From: Antedon mediterranea
Lineage: Eukaryota > Animalia > Echinodermata
Direction of reading: 5' to 3'
NCBI RefSeq assembly: GCF_964355755.1
Contig: NC_092680.1
Span: 13,649,045-13,713,044, forward strand
Length of the DNA stretch: 64,000 nucleotides
In this document: one piece after another, positions 35,501 through 47,500 of the stretch
Layout of the letters: each line of letters begins with the position of its first letter
Position numbering within the stretch: the stretch's first letter is position 1
The notes under the pieces: generated by a model
The model's database searches: none
Told to the model about the DNA's origin: nothing
What the model saw: only the letters and a program-made list of their open reading frames with translations
Made by a program: the position numbers and the translations under genes

Positions 35501-38500
35501 ACAAATTGTTTTAACAACGGTAATTTTTCAAAAAGAACAGAACAGATTTGCTTATATTATTGTGGAGGAACCTGTACCATAGTATACTATATATTTCCAA
35601 TTCACCATAATGCCTAAAAGGGGAGGTGGTTTTATAGCTGTCACTGCTTGCTGCTTCTTTGGTACTTGACAAATCACACCTCAATATGCAATTAACTGAC
35701 CAGATCTTCTCTCTCTAGTATGTAAAAGCGTGGGATAGAAATTCTAATTATTAACCTTTTGTATTATAATCCTTTTGTATTTCGACACTGTTTATATGAA
35801 GCTATTTGACACAGCTGTTAAATTGTTAATTTCAGAAGCCATTGAATTTGCCCTTTGCGTTGGCTTATTATTTTTCGTTTATTTTATTATTATCCTTATT
35901 CTATATTTTATTTTAATAAATGCAGTTTACTTGTTAGGCCCTCGTTACGACTGCTCAGTACCAGATTGCCTGATTTTGAAAATTGTCTTCTGTTTAAAAT
36001 ATTGATGATAATAAAAAAAAGTGGTCCAGAATTGGGATCCCATAATACTATTGAATGCTCATTGACCCATATCTGTATGTGGTTTCAATGTGTTAAAGAT
36101 CTGGAATAAGTTCGTTTTAGTAATCATGCTACTAATATAGACTACATAAACCCCCTTGGCGGAGGTAATAAACACACATTAAAAGAATACATTTTGACGA
36201 CTTTTCTACTACTACAATGACGAACACAGGTATTAGTCAAATATGTAACCTGTTTAAATTACTCCCACACAAATTCACAATAGTTGTGATCTTATTCAAG
36301 TTGTTCACACTATTATACTTTCTTACACTGACGGTGTAAAATATAGTTACTTATAGTTAATTAATTTGCTTTATTTTCAATTCATTATGTTCTTAAAAAT
36401 GAGTTTTAAATCACATATCGAAGACTGTGGCTGCTGATAATTTTGAATTTTTAGTATTGCAATATCTCTTGTGGGGAAGCGTGAGGTACCTATATTTAAA
36501 TTAACAATTTTAATATTAATTTTTGTATTTGTTATACTGTTTTGTGAACACCTTGCAAATTGTTATTTTCAAATCCCATTATTTGTGCATTTGTGTTGGC
36601 TTTTAGTCGTAGATAATTTGGCTGTTTATTTTAATATACAGCATTGTTTTAGTTTTCATTACGTAATATACCACGCCTTCACTGTTTACCTGAAGCCTGA
36701 GAAAGTTTGATTTGAGCATCTTTGGAATGCGTCCCTGTGCAGTCCAGTAAACAATAGTGTCAATAAATGCACAGTCGAGGCATCCATAACTATCACTTCA
36801 TCATAATTATTTCTACAAGTAACATCGAATTTTAAAATGTCTCTACGCCGTCAGAAAACTGTTGTACCAGCACATGCTTTGGTCTATTTTGATTCAGACG
36901 AAAGTACAGCAATTGTACTATCTAAGAAGTTGCAGGGAGACAAAGTTCCTAACGGTGTCGTTAAAATGGTATACAACAAACAACAATTAACGTGCCGCAT
37001 TGTGGAACTTTCTGACACATCTGATGATTTAGTTCACAAAGACACACTGTTCTGGGAGAAACGCAAGCGAGAGCTTGGTAAGTAATGTTATATTGTAGTT
37101 ATTCATTCAAATAGTGAATGAATAATATTTATTTTAACTTCTTAAATACCAGACCTACTGTTGTACTTGCTGTCGAATGTTATCGTGAACATACGAGTTG
37201 ACGTATTACAGACATTATCCACGCATTGTACGTTCTCGAGGCTGGTCGATTATTTAACATATTTTTACGCCAAAATTGAGAAAAATGCGCACTAAAAAAA
37301 TGTATATTTTGCATATTACACTTTATTATAATTATATTTAAAATATTTAATCGTACCTCAATATTAGCCTATATAACATGTATTTTGTAATGGCACAAGC
37401 CATATTTGTAACAGTAGGCCTATTGTCTTTTCTGAAATCATAATAAAATTAAATTATAGGCGCAATCAAATTTTAAGCCTAATGATTTAATATATTTATG
37501 ACTGTACTTTCTTTTATTAAATTATAGACTTAAACCTAATATCCTTTATATTTTGTCATTCCTGTATAACTGATTAATCATTTTATATCGACAGATGATG
37601 ACTCTGAAGTTACTGTTGACTCCCCTAACAAAAAATCAAGGAAGAATGACCCCAGGAAAGATGTCAACACAGAAAATGAGAGACCAAAGAAAGACCAAAC
37701 GGAAAATGAGAAACCCAAGAATGACCAAACGGAAAATGACCAAACAGAAACGGAGAAACCCAAGAATGACCAAACGGAAAAAGAAAACCCCAAGAATGAC
37801 CAAACGGAAAATGACCAAACAGAAACGGAGAAACCCAGGAATGACCAAAGGGAAAAGGAGAAATCCAAGAGTGACCAAACGGAAAAGGAGAAACCAAATA
37901 ATGACCAAACAGAAAAGGAGAAACCCAAGAATGACCAAACAGAAAAGGAAAACCAAAAGAATAACCAAACGGACAAGGAGAAACCAAATAATGACCAAAC
38001 GGACAAAGAGAAACCAAATAATGAGCAAACGGAAAATGAACAACCGATCCCGAATTTTGACATCCAACCCCAGTCACCCAACGCCGTAATCGTGACGGAA
38101 TTCGAGAGTCCATCGGAAAGCGGTAAGTCCTGCAATTTGTTTTGTTTAAAAAAAGTAAATAACAACATAAAATCACAGTAATAAGTAACATCATGAATAG
38201 TAATTTACATTAACGATTCAAATATTACATACACACAAAATTGGAGAAGCAAAATAATGAAACAAAACGTGTATATTCTAGATTAGATTAATACCTAAAA
38301 ATACAGACACCAACGACGGCATTTTAATAACGGTGTGTAACGTTTAATAACAGCATATAAATATATTATGAAACCCTCGAATTTATTTACTAGACAAGTA
38401 ATTGGCAGGGCTCCAATGGTATGAACTACCCTGGGTAAATAAATGAAATAAATAAATAAACCATTATGTTGTTCCCAAACTAGGTGTTGTGTATAACAAT

Positions 38501-41500
38501 TATCATTGACATTTTTTTAATTATAGACATTGAGCTTGATATCGATTCCGACCTTCTTGTCGAAGTCCTTGCTGGTCCTCTATTGAGCAGCACAGTCTTA
38601 AGTAGTAAGTATATATCACTTTGAATAATAGTTGTTTTGATATTAGTATTTGCCTTTGGATTTATGTACTATTCTAATGTTTGCATCAAATGCTTTTGTG
38701 GGTACTTTAAAACAAAGAAATCTATCTATATCTTTAGTACTGTATAACTACTTTAGCTCTTAAATACGTACCTCATTCTTTGACAAATAACAGGACTCAA
38801 TTTTGACATTTCCTTAGTTTTAATTCGCTGGTTTATTGTGTGTCTTAATTAAGATCCCTTAACTGTTACCTATTTCATTGAATTTATTTATTTTGTATTA
38901 TCTTCCCAACTTTAACTTAAATGGTTTTTTTTTCTTTTAATTTGTAAAAATCGGTGTTTTGACCCATTTTAAACTATACACAGTGAATGTAAATTAATAT
39001 TAACTTGGCACCGCATTGGCCTGTTATATTTTTGATATTATAAAAACGTTGGGCATCCTATACGATTATATTAAATGAATGTTATACATTTCTTCTTTCA
39101 GATCAAACTGGATGTACGGCATGCGCTTGCGCAAAGTGCATGAAGGTCCCAAACATGCTGGAAACAATTATAACAAATCAAACAATTATTATGCAGCAGC
39201 TAACCACCCGGTTAGGTTATACTCAACAAGTGCTGCAGCAAGTAGCAGCTCCGCCGACCAATGCCTTACTTGGTGAAACAAATGGTAGAGCTGACAGTAA
39301 TGGCATTGTTCATATAGGGGGGCTGGTGCCCGTAGCCGAGGAAAAGTACAAAGCCGCAGTTGGCGTTGGCAAAAATAAGTCAGCAACAAAAATGACTAGA
39401 AGACTGCTGGACATAATGTTCACACAGGAGGAGCTAGCAGTATCTAATTTGTACGGCTCTAAGAAAATAGAGAATGGCAAACTTGTCACAAGGCCAGCAC
39501 TAGAAGCGCCACGTTCGCGGGCACTTTTCAGACAAATTGAACAGGAATTTCCAGGTGCCACCTCAAACAATTATTTAGCTTTAAAAGAGGCTGTCAATAG
39601 TAAATGCCGAAGAATTAGAGAAATACTTAAGGGTAGTGAAAATGTAACACCAAAATAGTTGGTTGGTTTTGTTTTGTAAAATAAAATATTTTAATTATTA
39701 TTTGTTCGTATATTGTCATTTATGTTTACTAGGTCTAAAGCTCTATCTACACTATCAAACTTTATGTGACAAAAAAATGTGATGTGCCCATATATGGTAG
39801 TGATATGCACAAATATGGTAGTGATGTGATGTCAACGTGTCCATATATGGGCACATCACATTTTTTTGTCACATAAAGTTTGATAGTGTAGACGGAGCTT
39901 TAATAATATGTTAATGTCTAAAAAATTAACAACGTGAACATAAGATCATAGAACTATTTCAATTTGTGCGTTATTACATTTACTGTGAATTCATTTTTAT
40001 TTCAACAATATTTTTTATGATTTTTTTCTGGTCCCAATACTATCTTTTTTAAATAATTCAGCGAACTGATTCAATTCTCATACAGAATAATATCAATGCC
40101 ATTAGAAAATACAAACAATATCTTCAAATTAAACAAAGAAACGGATATCTCCGATCGCTGACAAATAATGATATTATTACAATTATTTGTTTATGTGTAC
40201 CCAACAATCCGGGCGTTTTCCAAAAATCGCAGAAAAGCATCTATTTTAGGGAGGCTTTTACAATGTAACTCTGTTATTATTTATTATTTAAATTGTTATG
40301 GCTGTTTCGGCATTGTTATTAATTAGTTAGTTGTTTTAAATTCATAATCATAAGAAACACCGTCGGCATTGATGTAAAATGATCTCAAAATCGTTTTTTT
40401 AGTGAACTGCTAGTGTTAAAAGATAGGGGAAATTGTCAAAAGCTGGCGACCTGGTACTCAGCAGTCCAAACACAAGAGAATTACTTGTCCAAAAAACTTC
40501 ATTTTTGTTCGAGGGACAAGAGTTATAATTTGTGATTTGTAATTTTAAAATTTAATTTGATTTAATGTATAGGAATTTTGATACGAGTAAATTCACCCGC
40601 TTGTTGTTTGTGAAGTTTTGACAGGCGTTTATTAAACTATAGGGAACATCTATCTATCCCCTTCGGCTTATTTGTTACAATTTAAAAACTCACAACTCAG
40701 TAAAGTGGTACAGTCCTACTGTACATGGTTAATTACGTACCACTGTCTTTAGGCAGATGATTAAGAACATTAAACGTATTGATAATAAATAAAAGGGGAT
40801 TGTATTGTGTGCAGGAAAACGGAAGCCAACCGAAATAATATAGCGCGGCGGCTATACTCGTAACTTGTGAGGGTCCCTAATGATCAGCTTCGGCTGGATG
40901 GACCACCCTCGGTAAAGATTGTTGAAATAAAAATAAAAAAATAACCTAGCCTACTACTTGTTATTTTCAAAACACATTACACGTCGGCGAGGTCCGATGG
41001 CATGCGTGACTAGCGGAACAAACCAAATATTCCTCGCAACAAATATCAAGCTAACAGACCCTTTTCCATCGGGCGAAATCAGTTTATTACCTCCCATGTT
41101 TATGCGTACCATTTCGGGACTTACTATCTCAAGTAGTACGAGAGAAATTCATGACATACAGGACATTGAACATTTAATAACGTAGCTTAATAAAAATATG
41201 TTGGCTAAACGAAAATAGCGTGTTTCTAGTTTATTTATGTAGGCCCAGGGATGTCACCACGGTGGTCGGCGATGGACGGCCCCGTCCACCATGCACTCGG
41301 AATTTCCGACCACCATTTTCATGACGCCGACCACCACTATATTTACGCATGTAAATCGTATAGCCTATTGTTCGTAACTTACTACTACGATACGATGTAT
41401 TGATATTATAATTATCAACGCGTCGATCGTAGGGTGGTTCGTAGAGGAGTTAAACAACATTGTCATCGCCTTTAGAAAACGCATGGACAATGCAAATTAA

Positions 41501-44500
41501 CAATGTACTGTTCACTAATTAAAATCGACGCCGCCTAAAAATCCTACCTAAGGTTTAGGCCTATAGTAGGAGACGACACATTAGCCTAATTTTGCAGGAC
41601 GTAATGAAAATGGCCCAAGTATTCTGTAGCTAACCTCACCATGGCGACCACCACTCATGACATCCATGTAGGATAGGAGGCCTATACAGTAGGCCTGCAA
41701 TGAAACGTCTATTTTAGGTACCCCACCTGGGTATAAATCGAGTTAATCGTAAATTTAAAAACTCGAACTAGATCGTAGGCCTACTCTTTTGCTGTGTAGC
41801 GCCTGATGGAAAGTAATTCTACGCATTTTGGTCCCTGGATGGAACATGATATATCACGCGTAAACCGCCAATGTTGAACGATTCCCACAAAGGGACACCG
41901 CTAGACAAGTGCGTTCCTACAAAAATCTAGGTCGCAATCCGACGAGGGTGGTCGGAGTCAAACGCAGCAGTGTGTCATTGACGGTTATCAATCACATGTT
42001 CTACAGTACACGAAAACTATCGCAACTGGACGAAGTAAGTCGAAGTTGGTCATGTTGACTGTTGTTACACACAATTGTGCGTGATCAAAAGGTCAAATCA
42101 AATGTTAGAAAGCCGACTCAAGGAAGCGAAGCAGCCGTATTCACGTATTTATTATTTGTTTGCCTTACTACTACGTATATTTGTTGATTAAAGTCAGACA
42201 AGTCAAGGGGCCCGTCAGGGCGCCGTGGGTCGCGATCAAGCGAAGTTCCATAACAACAACTTGAAATCAGTCAACCACATAATGAGGGGCGGAGCTATTT
42301 ATGGACGCACTAAAACGGAATAATTGTGAATAATCGGTAGTCCCTTGGACGCAACATTTTAGCTGCGTCCAGAAGGATGTCACAATACAATAGATATCGC
42401 GACCAGCTGCAGTACAATCCGTCCGATATTTAGTGGAGATGACGCCTTAGCTATTATATCTACATAATCAGCCTATCAAACCGTGGCTTTTCACATGAAT
42501 AAATTCTGTGGGTGCCATTCTCTTTTGTCACATAAAGTTTGTTAGTGTAGACAGAGCTTTACTTACCTCTTTAATTTCCTGCTTAACTTGTGCTAGTTTG
42601 TCTGGTTTTCCTGCTGATTGTAGTTTAGCCTCCATTTCACGTTTCTTTGCTAACATTGCTTGAGCATTCTGCCACACGTGAAAACACTTCTCGCGTTCAC
42701 GGAAAGTAAGCTGGTGACAAAACATAACATGGTTTTAGACAGTTAGACAAAAGATGAATGTTACAAATACAATTCCAAGAACAGATTAATATTTTGTATA
42801 TTAAAATTAACACTGAAGATAAGGAAAAAGTGGAAAGGTTTCAATACATTTTTTTTTTTCATTCAACAATAAATTAAACCAAACAAGGGAGAATAGATGG
42901 AGATATATTTTCTTATTCATTAATACGGACAGTAAATAATGTTTTACAGCCATTTACACAAAAACACTACAGAAACAAAATTCAAACTGCTTACTTTAAC
43001 AGCCCCAATAAGGCCAACGTAATCCTTCAATAGCTCAGAAAAAACAAAAAAGTCTGTATTGGCCTGTTCCATATGAAGGGCATCGATCCTTTCCTCTGTT
43101 TCAGCGAGTTGTGATATTGCTCTTGAAAGTGCTGTGTGTTCTTCAGAATTACCCAACATTGCTGCACTTTTTGCAAACTGTCCTGTTGCCAGACCAAGAT
43201 CTATAATAAAGATAATTGACAATGGGTTTTACAAATGTCGGTTAACATTTGTTTACAATGATTAACTTAAAGAGTACAGTATTTGGATTCTATCCCGATT
43301 ATGAAACACTAGACCATCAGGCATGCAGAGTGGCTAGTCAAAAATGTCTTTAATCATACTCTGTTTTGTTTTGTTTGTAACTCGTCCATAGTGACAAGTT
43401 CAAATCTAGTTATCAATTAGGCTACTATCCTCGCCACCTAATTCCTCTTAATCACTTAAAAATGTTTGTCCAGGCTCAAATAAGAACCCTACTTGTGGCT
43501 GGCCTGCAGTCATGATCGCAACCTTCAGCATGTAAACATTGCTGTGGACCTTTGATTACATCACATAGCGCTCTCTATCAGTCAACTTTTATTTTCTTTT
43601 TGTGAAAATAAAATAAAAATATGGTCACATAACGATAGTCAACATGTCCAGCATAAGTACATATTCAGATTAGTTTTATTTTTACTTCAGGTCACCTTTA
43701 AACCATGTACCTGTGCTGGGCAGAAGTGTGTGGGAACACTTACCTTTAATAAAGTTTTCTAAATTTATTTTAAGGCCTTCTATCCAGCCGATTTTCAAAA
43801 CAGAATACACCTTCTTAACTCCTCCCCCACACCACCCTTAACTTCTCTAGCTACATACCAACAATTCTCTAGCAACATACCTTTTCTGTGCAGCACCATA
43901 TTTTCAACACTACCATGAAGTTTCTTAAGATGCTGTTCTAAACTATCAACTTGATTTTGTTTTTCTTCAAACCACTTTAAAAACAATGATAATCATTATA
44001 GACAATGGATTCATACTTTTTTACTTTATAAAAATAGCAGTCTAAAATTGCTGTGGACTAGATGATGTTACACAGCAACAGCTTCCATCTCCTCAAGGGT
44101 CCCTTTCGTTTGTCAACAACAGGGGCGGAGATAGATCAGTACACCAGGGTAACTCCCTACTCTTCTGGAAGATGCACTGGGTTTTTTTAAAGTTCACACG
44201 AGCAAGATGTATACTTGGGACCACAGTTTTACAATTCTAGATCATCTTTGCTAAGATAAGTAATTGATTCACACCTGATCAGACTCTGTCATCTTAGATG
44301 TAGCCTTAGATGCAGCATCTGCTACTTTGTTGAAAACCCTCATTACACCTGCTCCACTCAAAGCTTGTGTATTGGTAGCTTTTGGCAACTAAAAATAACA
44401 CCAAAATTACAAGAAAATAAGCAATAATAACGCTTATACAGTCATTGGACAGGTCCATAATTATGCAGTTGATAATCAGCGCAATTGTTTTTTATCCTAC

Positions 44501-47500
44501 CAGTACCCATTTACACCTGGGTGGAGAAAAGGCAAATGCCTACGGACACAAGCAATGCGACAAGCTTTCAAACGATAAGATAATGCTGATATTTCAATAA
44601 CATTGTTGTGCAATTTCCAAAAAAAGGTTGATAATCATTGTTCTAAAAGCTACAGTAAACTTACGTCATCCTTCTCCAGAAATTCTACAAAGTCAATATC
44701 AGTACAGAGTTTTGGGTGGTGAGCAGTTCTATTGAGGAAGCGTGCCAATGCAGCTCTACGTTTCTCTATAAAGTCCATTGAGGTTGTCTCCTCTTGTGTC
44801 TTTGCCATCTTAACTTTAGTCATACCTGCAAACAAATGTGTATAAATAGTTTTAATGGTTTTTTTTTAACTGCATTGAATTGATTTGTCATGAATGTAAT
44901 GATTGGTATTTTGGTTAAGTAGTAAATTTATACTTGATGCTTGAAAAAAAACTTAATGTAATGTATACAAAATAGTAAGAAATTAAAAAATAATATTAAA
45001 AATACATTTAGATAGATAGATAGTGCAGGTAATATTTAAAGATGTATTGTCCCTTGAAACACAAAAAAATTAAAGTCAAAATATAATAAATTTGTATTGG
45101 CCATATCAAAGTAATATTAAAGTTATTCACTTTAAGTCGAAAATTCGAGCCAAAAACAACAATTTTACGTAATTATCAGCTAAATTAATTTGATTACATT
45201 TCGTCTGGAAAATAGTCGCGAGCAAAAGTAAACAAGATTTTAAACCATGAGTATACATTATTCATGATGCTAATTAGTATTGTTTACAACTCGTCACGGT
45301 TGAGAAGTGTGTTTTTGCACAGATCGCGAGGAAGTTTTATGGTTATGATACAGAGTAGCCAAATAAGCGCATTGCATTGTAATATATGTTTTGATCGAAA
45401 ACTTTGACTGGAAGTCAAAGTTATTTTTTGAACCAAAAAACGTCTGTATTTCAGTTAAATGATTTTTTTTCGACTAATTTTTGGTGAAAGTTAATAACTA
45501 TTATGATACTTCAAAATGACCCACTTTTTTTCGAAATCTTTTTATTTTAATTTTTTTGGAATTTGACAAAGGGACAATACATCTTTAATTATTCCAGAAA
45601 GTTACACTAGATTAATAATGATAACTGCTATAAAAAATAATCATTTAAAATAGATATGTTACCAATAACAGATGGTCTTATGAAATTTTATTAAATAGTT
45701 ATATTACAATGACAACCAGCTAGACATCTATACTATTTGTTCAACAATAAATTTAATGTTTAACGTAGGAAAGTGACTTACCGACAACACTTTTCTCAGG
45801 GGCAGGGGGAACTATGACACCCTTAGTAGCATGTTTTGATGACAGTTTTTGATAGAGTCCAAGGAAGTCACTAAAACGTCGCATTACACTCATCTCAGAT
45901 TTCTTAAACGCTGGATTTGATGTCTGACAAACAAAAAAATTATAATTTGAACGTTTTACTTAATATTCAAAGCTAAAAAGATAAAGTAAAGATATGTATT
46001 AGTTTTGGAAGAATTTCTGATTTTTAGAGAGTCTAGTAATTGGAGAGTCGACTGTAGTAATTTGGAATGCAAATTGTTGAAATAATGTAAATATTTTTGA
46101 TTCATAGTTCGCTACATCAGAACTCGATTTTTTTAATTTACTAGCTAGACCACTGAGCTTGTTCAATGTGAGTTTCACTAGCCCTGTTGGATGTTTCACT
46201 AGTCCGTTAGATGTTTCACTATTCCGCTTCTTGACTAAATCTTACTGGGTAAATACCGCACATCTGAATCAAAACTAACTGAATTACTGTAAGTTCTAGT
46301 TAGTTTAGTGCCACAGACAAATAGTTTATCATAAAAAAGCAATGAGTAACTGCACTAAATTGCTCTTCTTGTATTTCCGATAAAACATTATGACCGCCCA
46401 ATCCTACTATCCCCACCTACCACCTACTTCATGAACCTCAAACTATACTGCGGTAATATTTTTTAAATAGAAATTTGACTGGCTGCCATTGGCCAACCAG
46501 GCATAATAAACATAGCTAGAGTTAGGGTACTACTATAATAATAATAGGCCTAGCTAGCTAGGCCTAGAAATTAAAAACAATACAAAAAAATATTGATAAC
46601 AAGTTATTAAGTATTCTTTTAACATTAACATTACACCTTAAATGTAATTAAGGAAAGGTTAATTGACTGTGTTTACATAGAAGGCACACACGTGATGCTG
46701 GCTAGAAGAGCTAGAACAGTTGCTCCCCTTTGTTAACACTTTGACTGCCAAACACGAAGATCTTCGTGTTTGGAAAAACAACGCTTGACTGCCAAACACG
46801 AAGATCTTCGCGTTTCGGGTTTTTTTACGAAATCCGGTAGATAGGTCAATTATTGGTATATACTATAAATATGGACACTATATTCGGTCTGGACCGTCAA
46901 TATTTTACTATTTGAAAGTAACTAATCTGGTTACGAACGACTGTCAAAATGGTACCTGTCGAAATAACATACACCACGCATCACAGTAGCGCGTAGAGCG
47001 ATGGCTTGGCGCATTGTGTATCGGTCGCGCGCATTGTGTATCGGTCGCACGCTAGCTATGCCGCCGAAGCATTACAAAGGTTTTTGTGGATTGGCATGTT
47101 TGTTTGTTATCTGAATAAAAAATAATGGAGTCATTTTTAATATGAAGTCTTTAATTTTATTATTGTATGTATACCCTAATTGTTTTGGTGTTACACTGTA
47201 AGTGACCGAGTTTCACGCAACAAACTTGTTTGGAAATGGTGAAGATATTATCAACAGTTTACTAGCTAGGCTAGTAGTATTAGGCTAGCCTAGGCCTAGT
47301 CGTAAAACGGTTCCGGACCAACTTTAGGCCTGGTTAACTAGGCCTGGTGTCTTTACTATGTGGATTTTGGCGAAACATTGATGTAAGATTTATGATTTAT
47401 GAAATGTAATACAATTTTCGAAAGTGATAATTGTTTTTATAGGCCTATCGGTGCCGTGTAAGTAACTTTTTCGTTGTTTGTTGATCTCACCGGGCGATAT

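Larger units (their letters stand above)
25771..42446 (+). mobile_element. Giant (16.7 kb) Zator-like cut-and-paste transposon with two genes, in SNX intron 11
   Basis: TTA|GGCGTCATCTCCACTAAATATCGGACG ... CGTCCGATATTTAGTGGAGATGACGCC|TTA: 27-bp perfect TIR and 3-bp TWA TSD. Further inverted subterminal blocks and an internal TP36/Zator-type transposase. Confidence 0.85.

Noticed and set aside
37578-38194. Overlapping hydrophobic or basic ORFs in several frames
   Set aside because: Shadows of the 30-bp coding repeat in BEN exon 2; splice phase identifies the E/K/N/D-rich frame as the real one.
41246-41668. Possible small nested element (cagggatgtca ... tgacatccatg)
   Set aside because: Only an 11-bp imperfect inverted match and no convincing TSD.
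25771-42446. Classification of the giant element as PIF/Harbinger because of the TTA TSD
   Set aside because: The transposase motifs (SVDNK, DHDF, ADGG, SALNPIE) fit TP36/Zator rather than Harbinger, and no Myb/SANT gene is seen. Zator also makes TWA TSDs.
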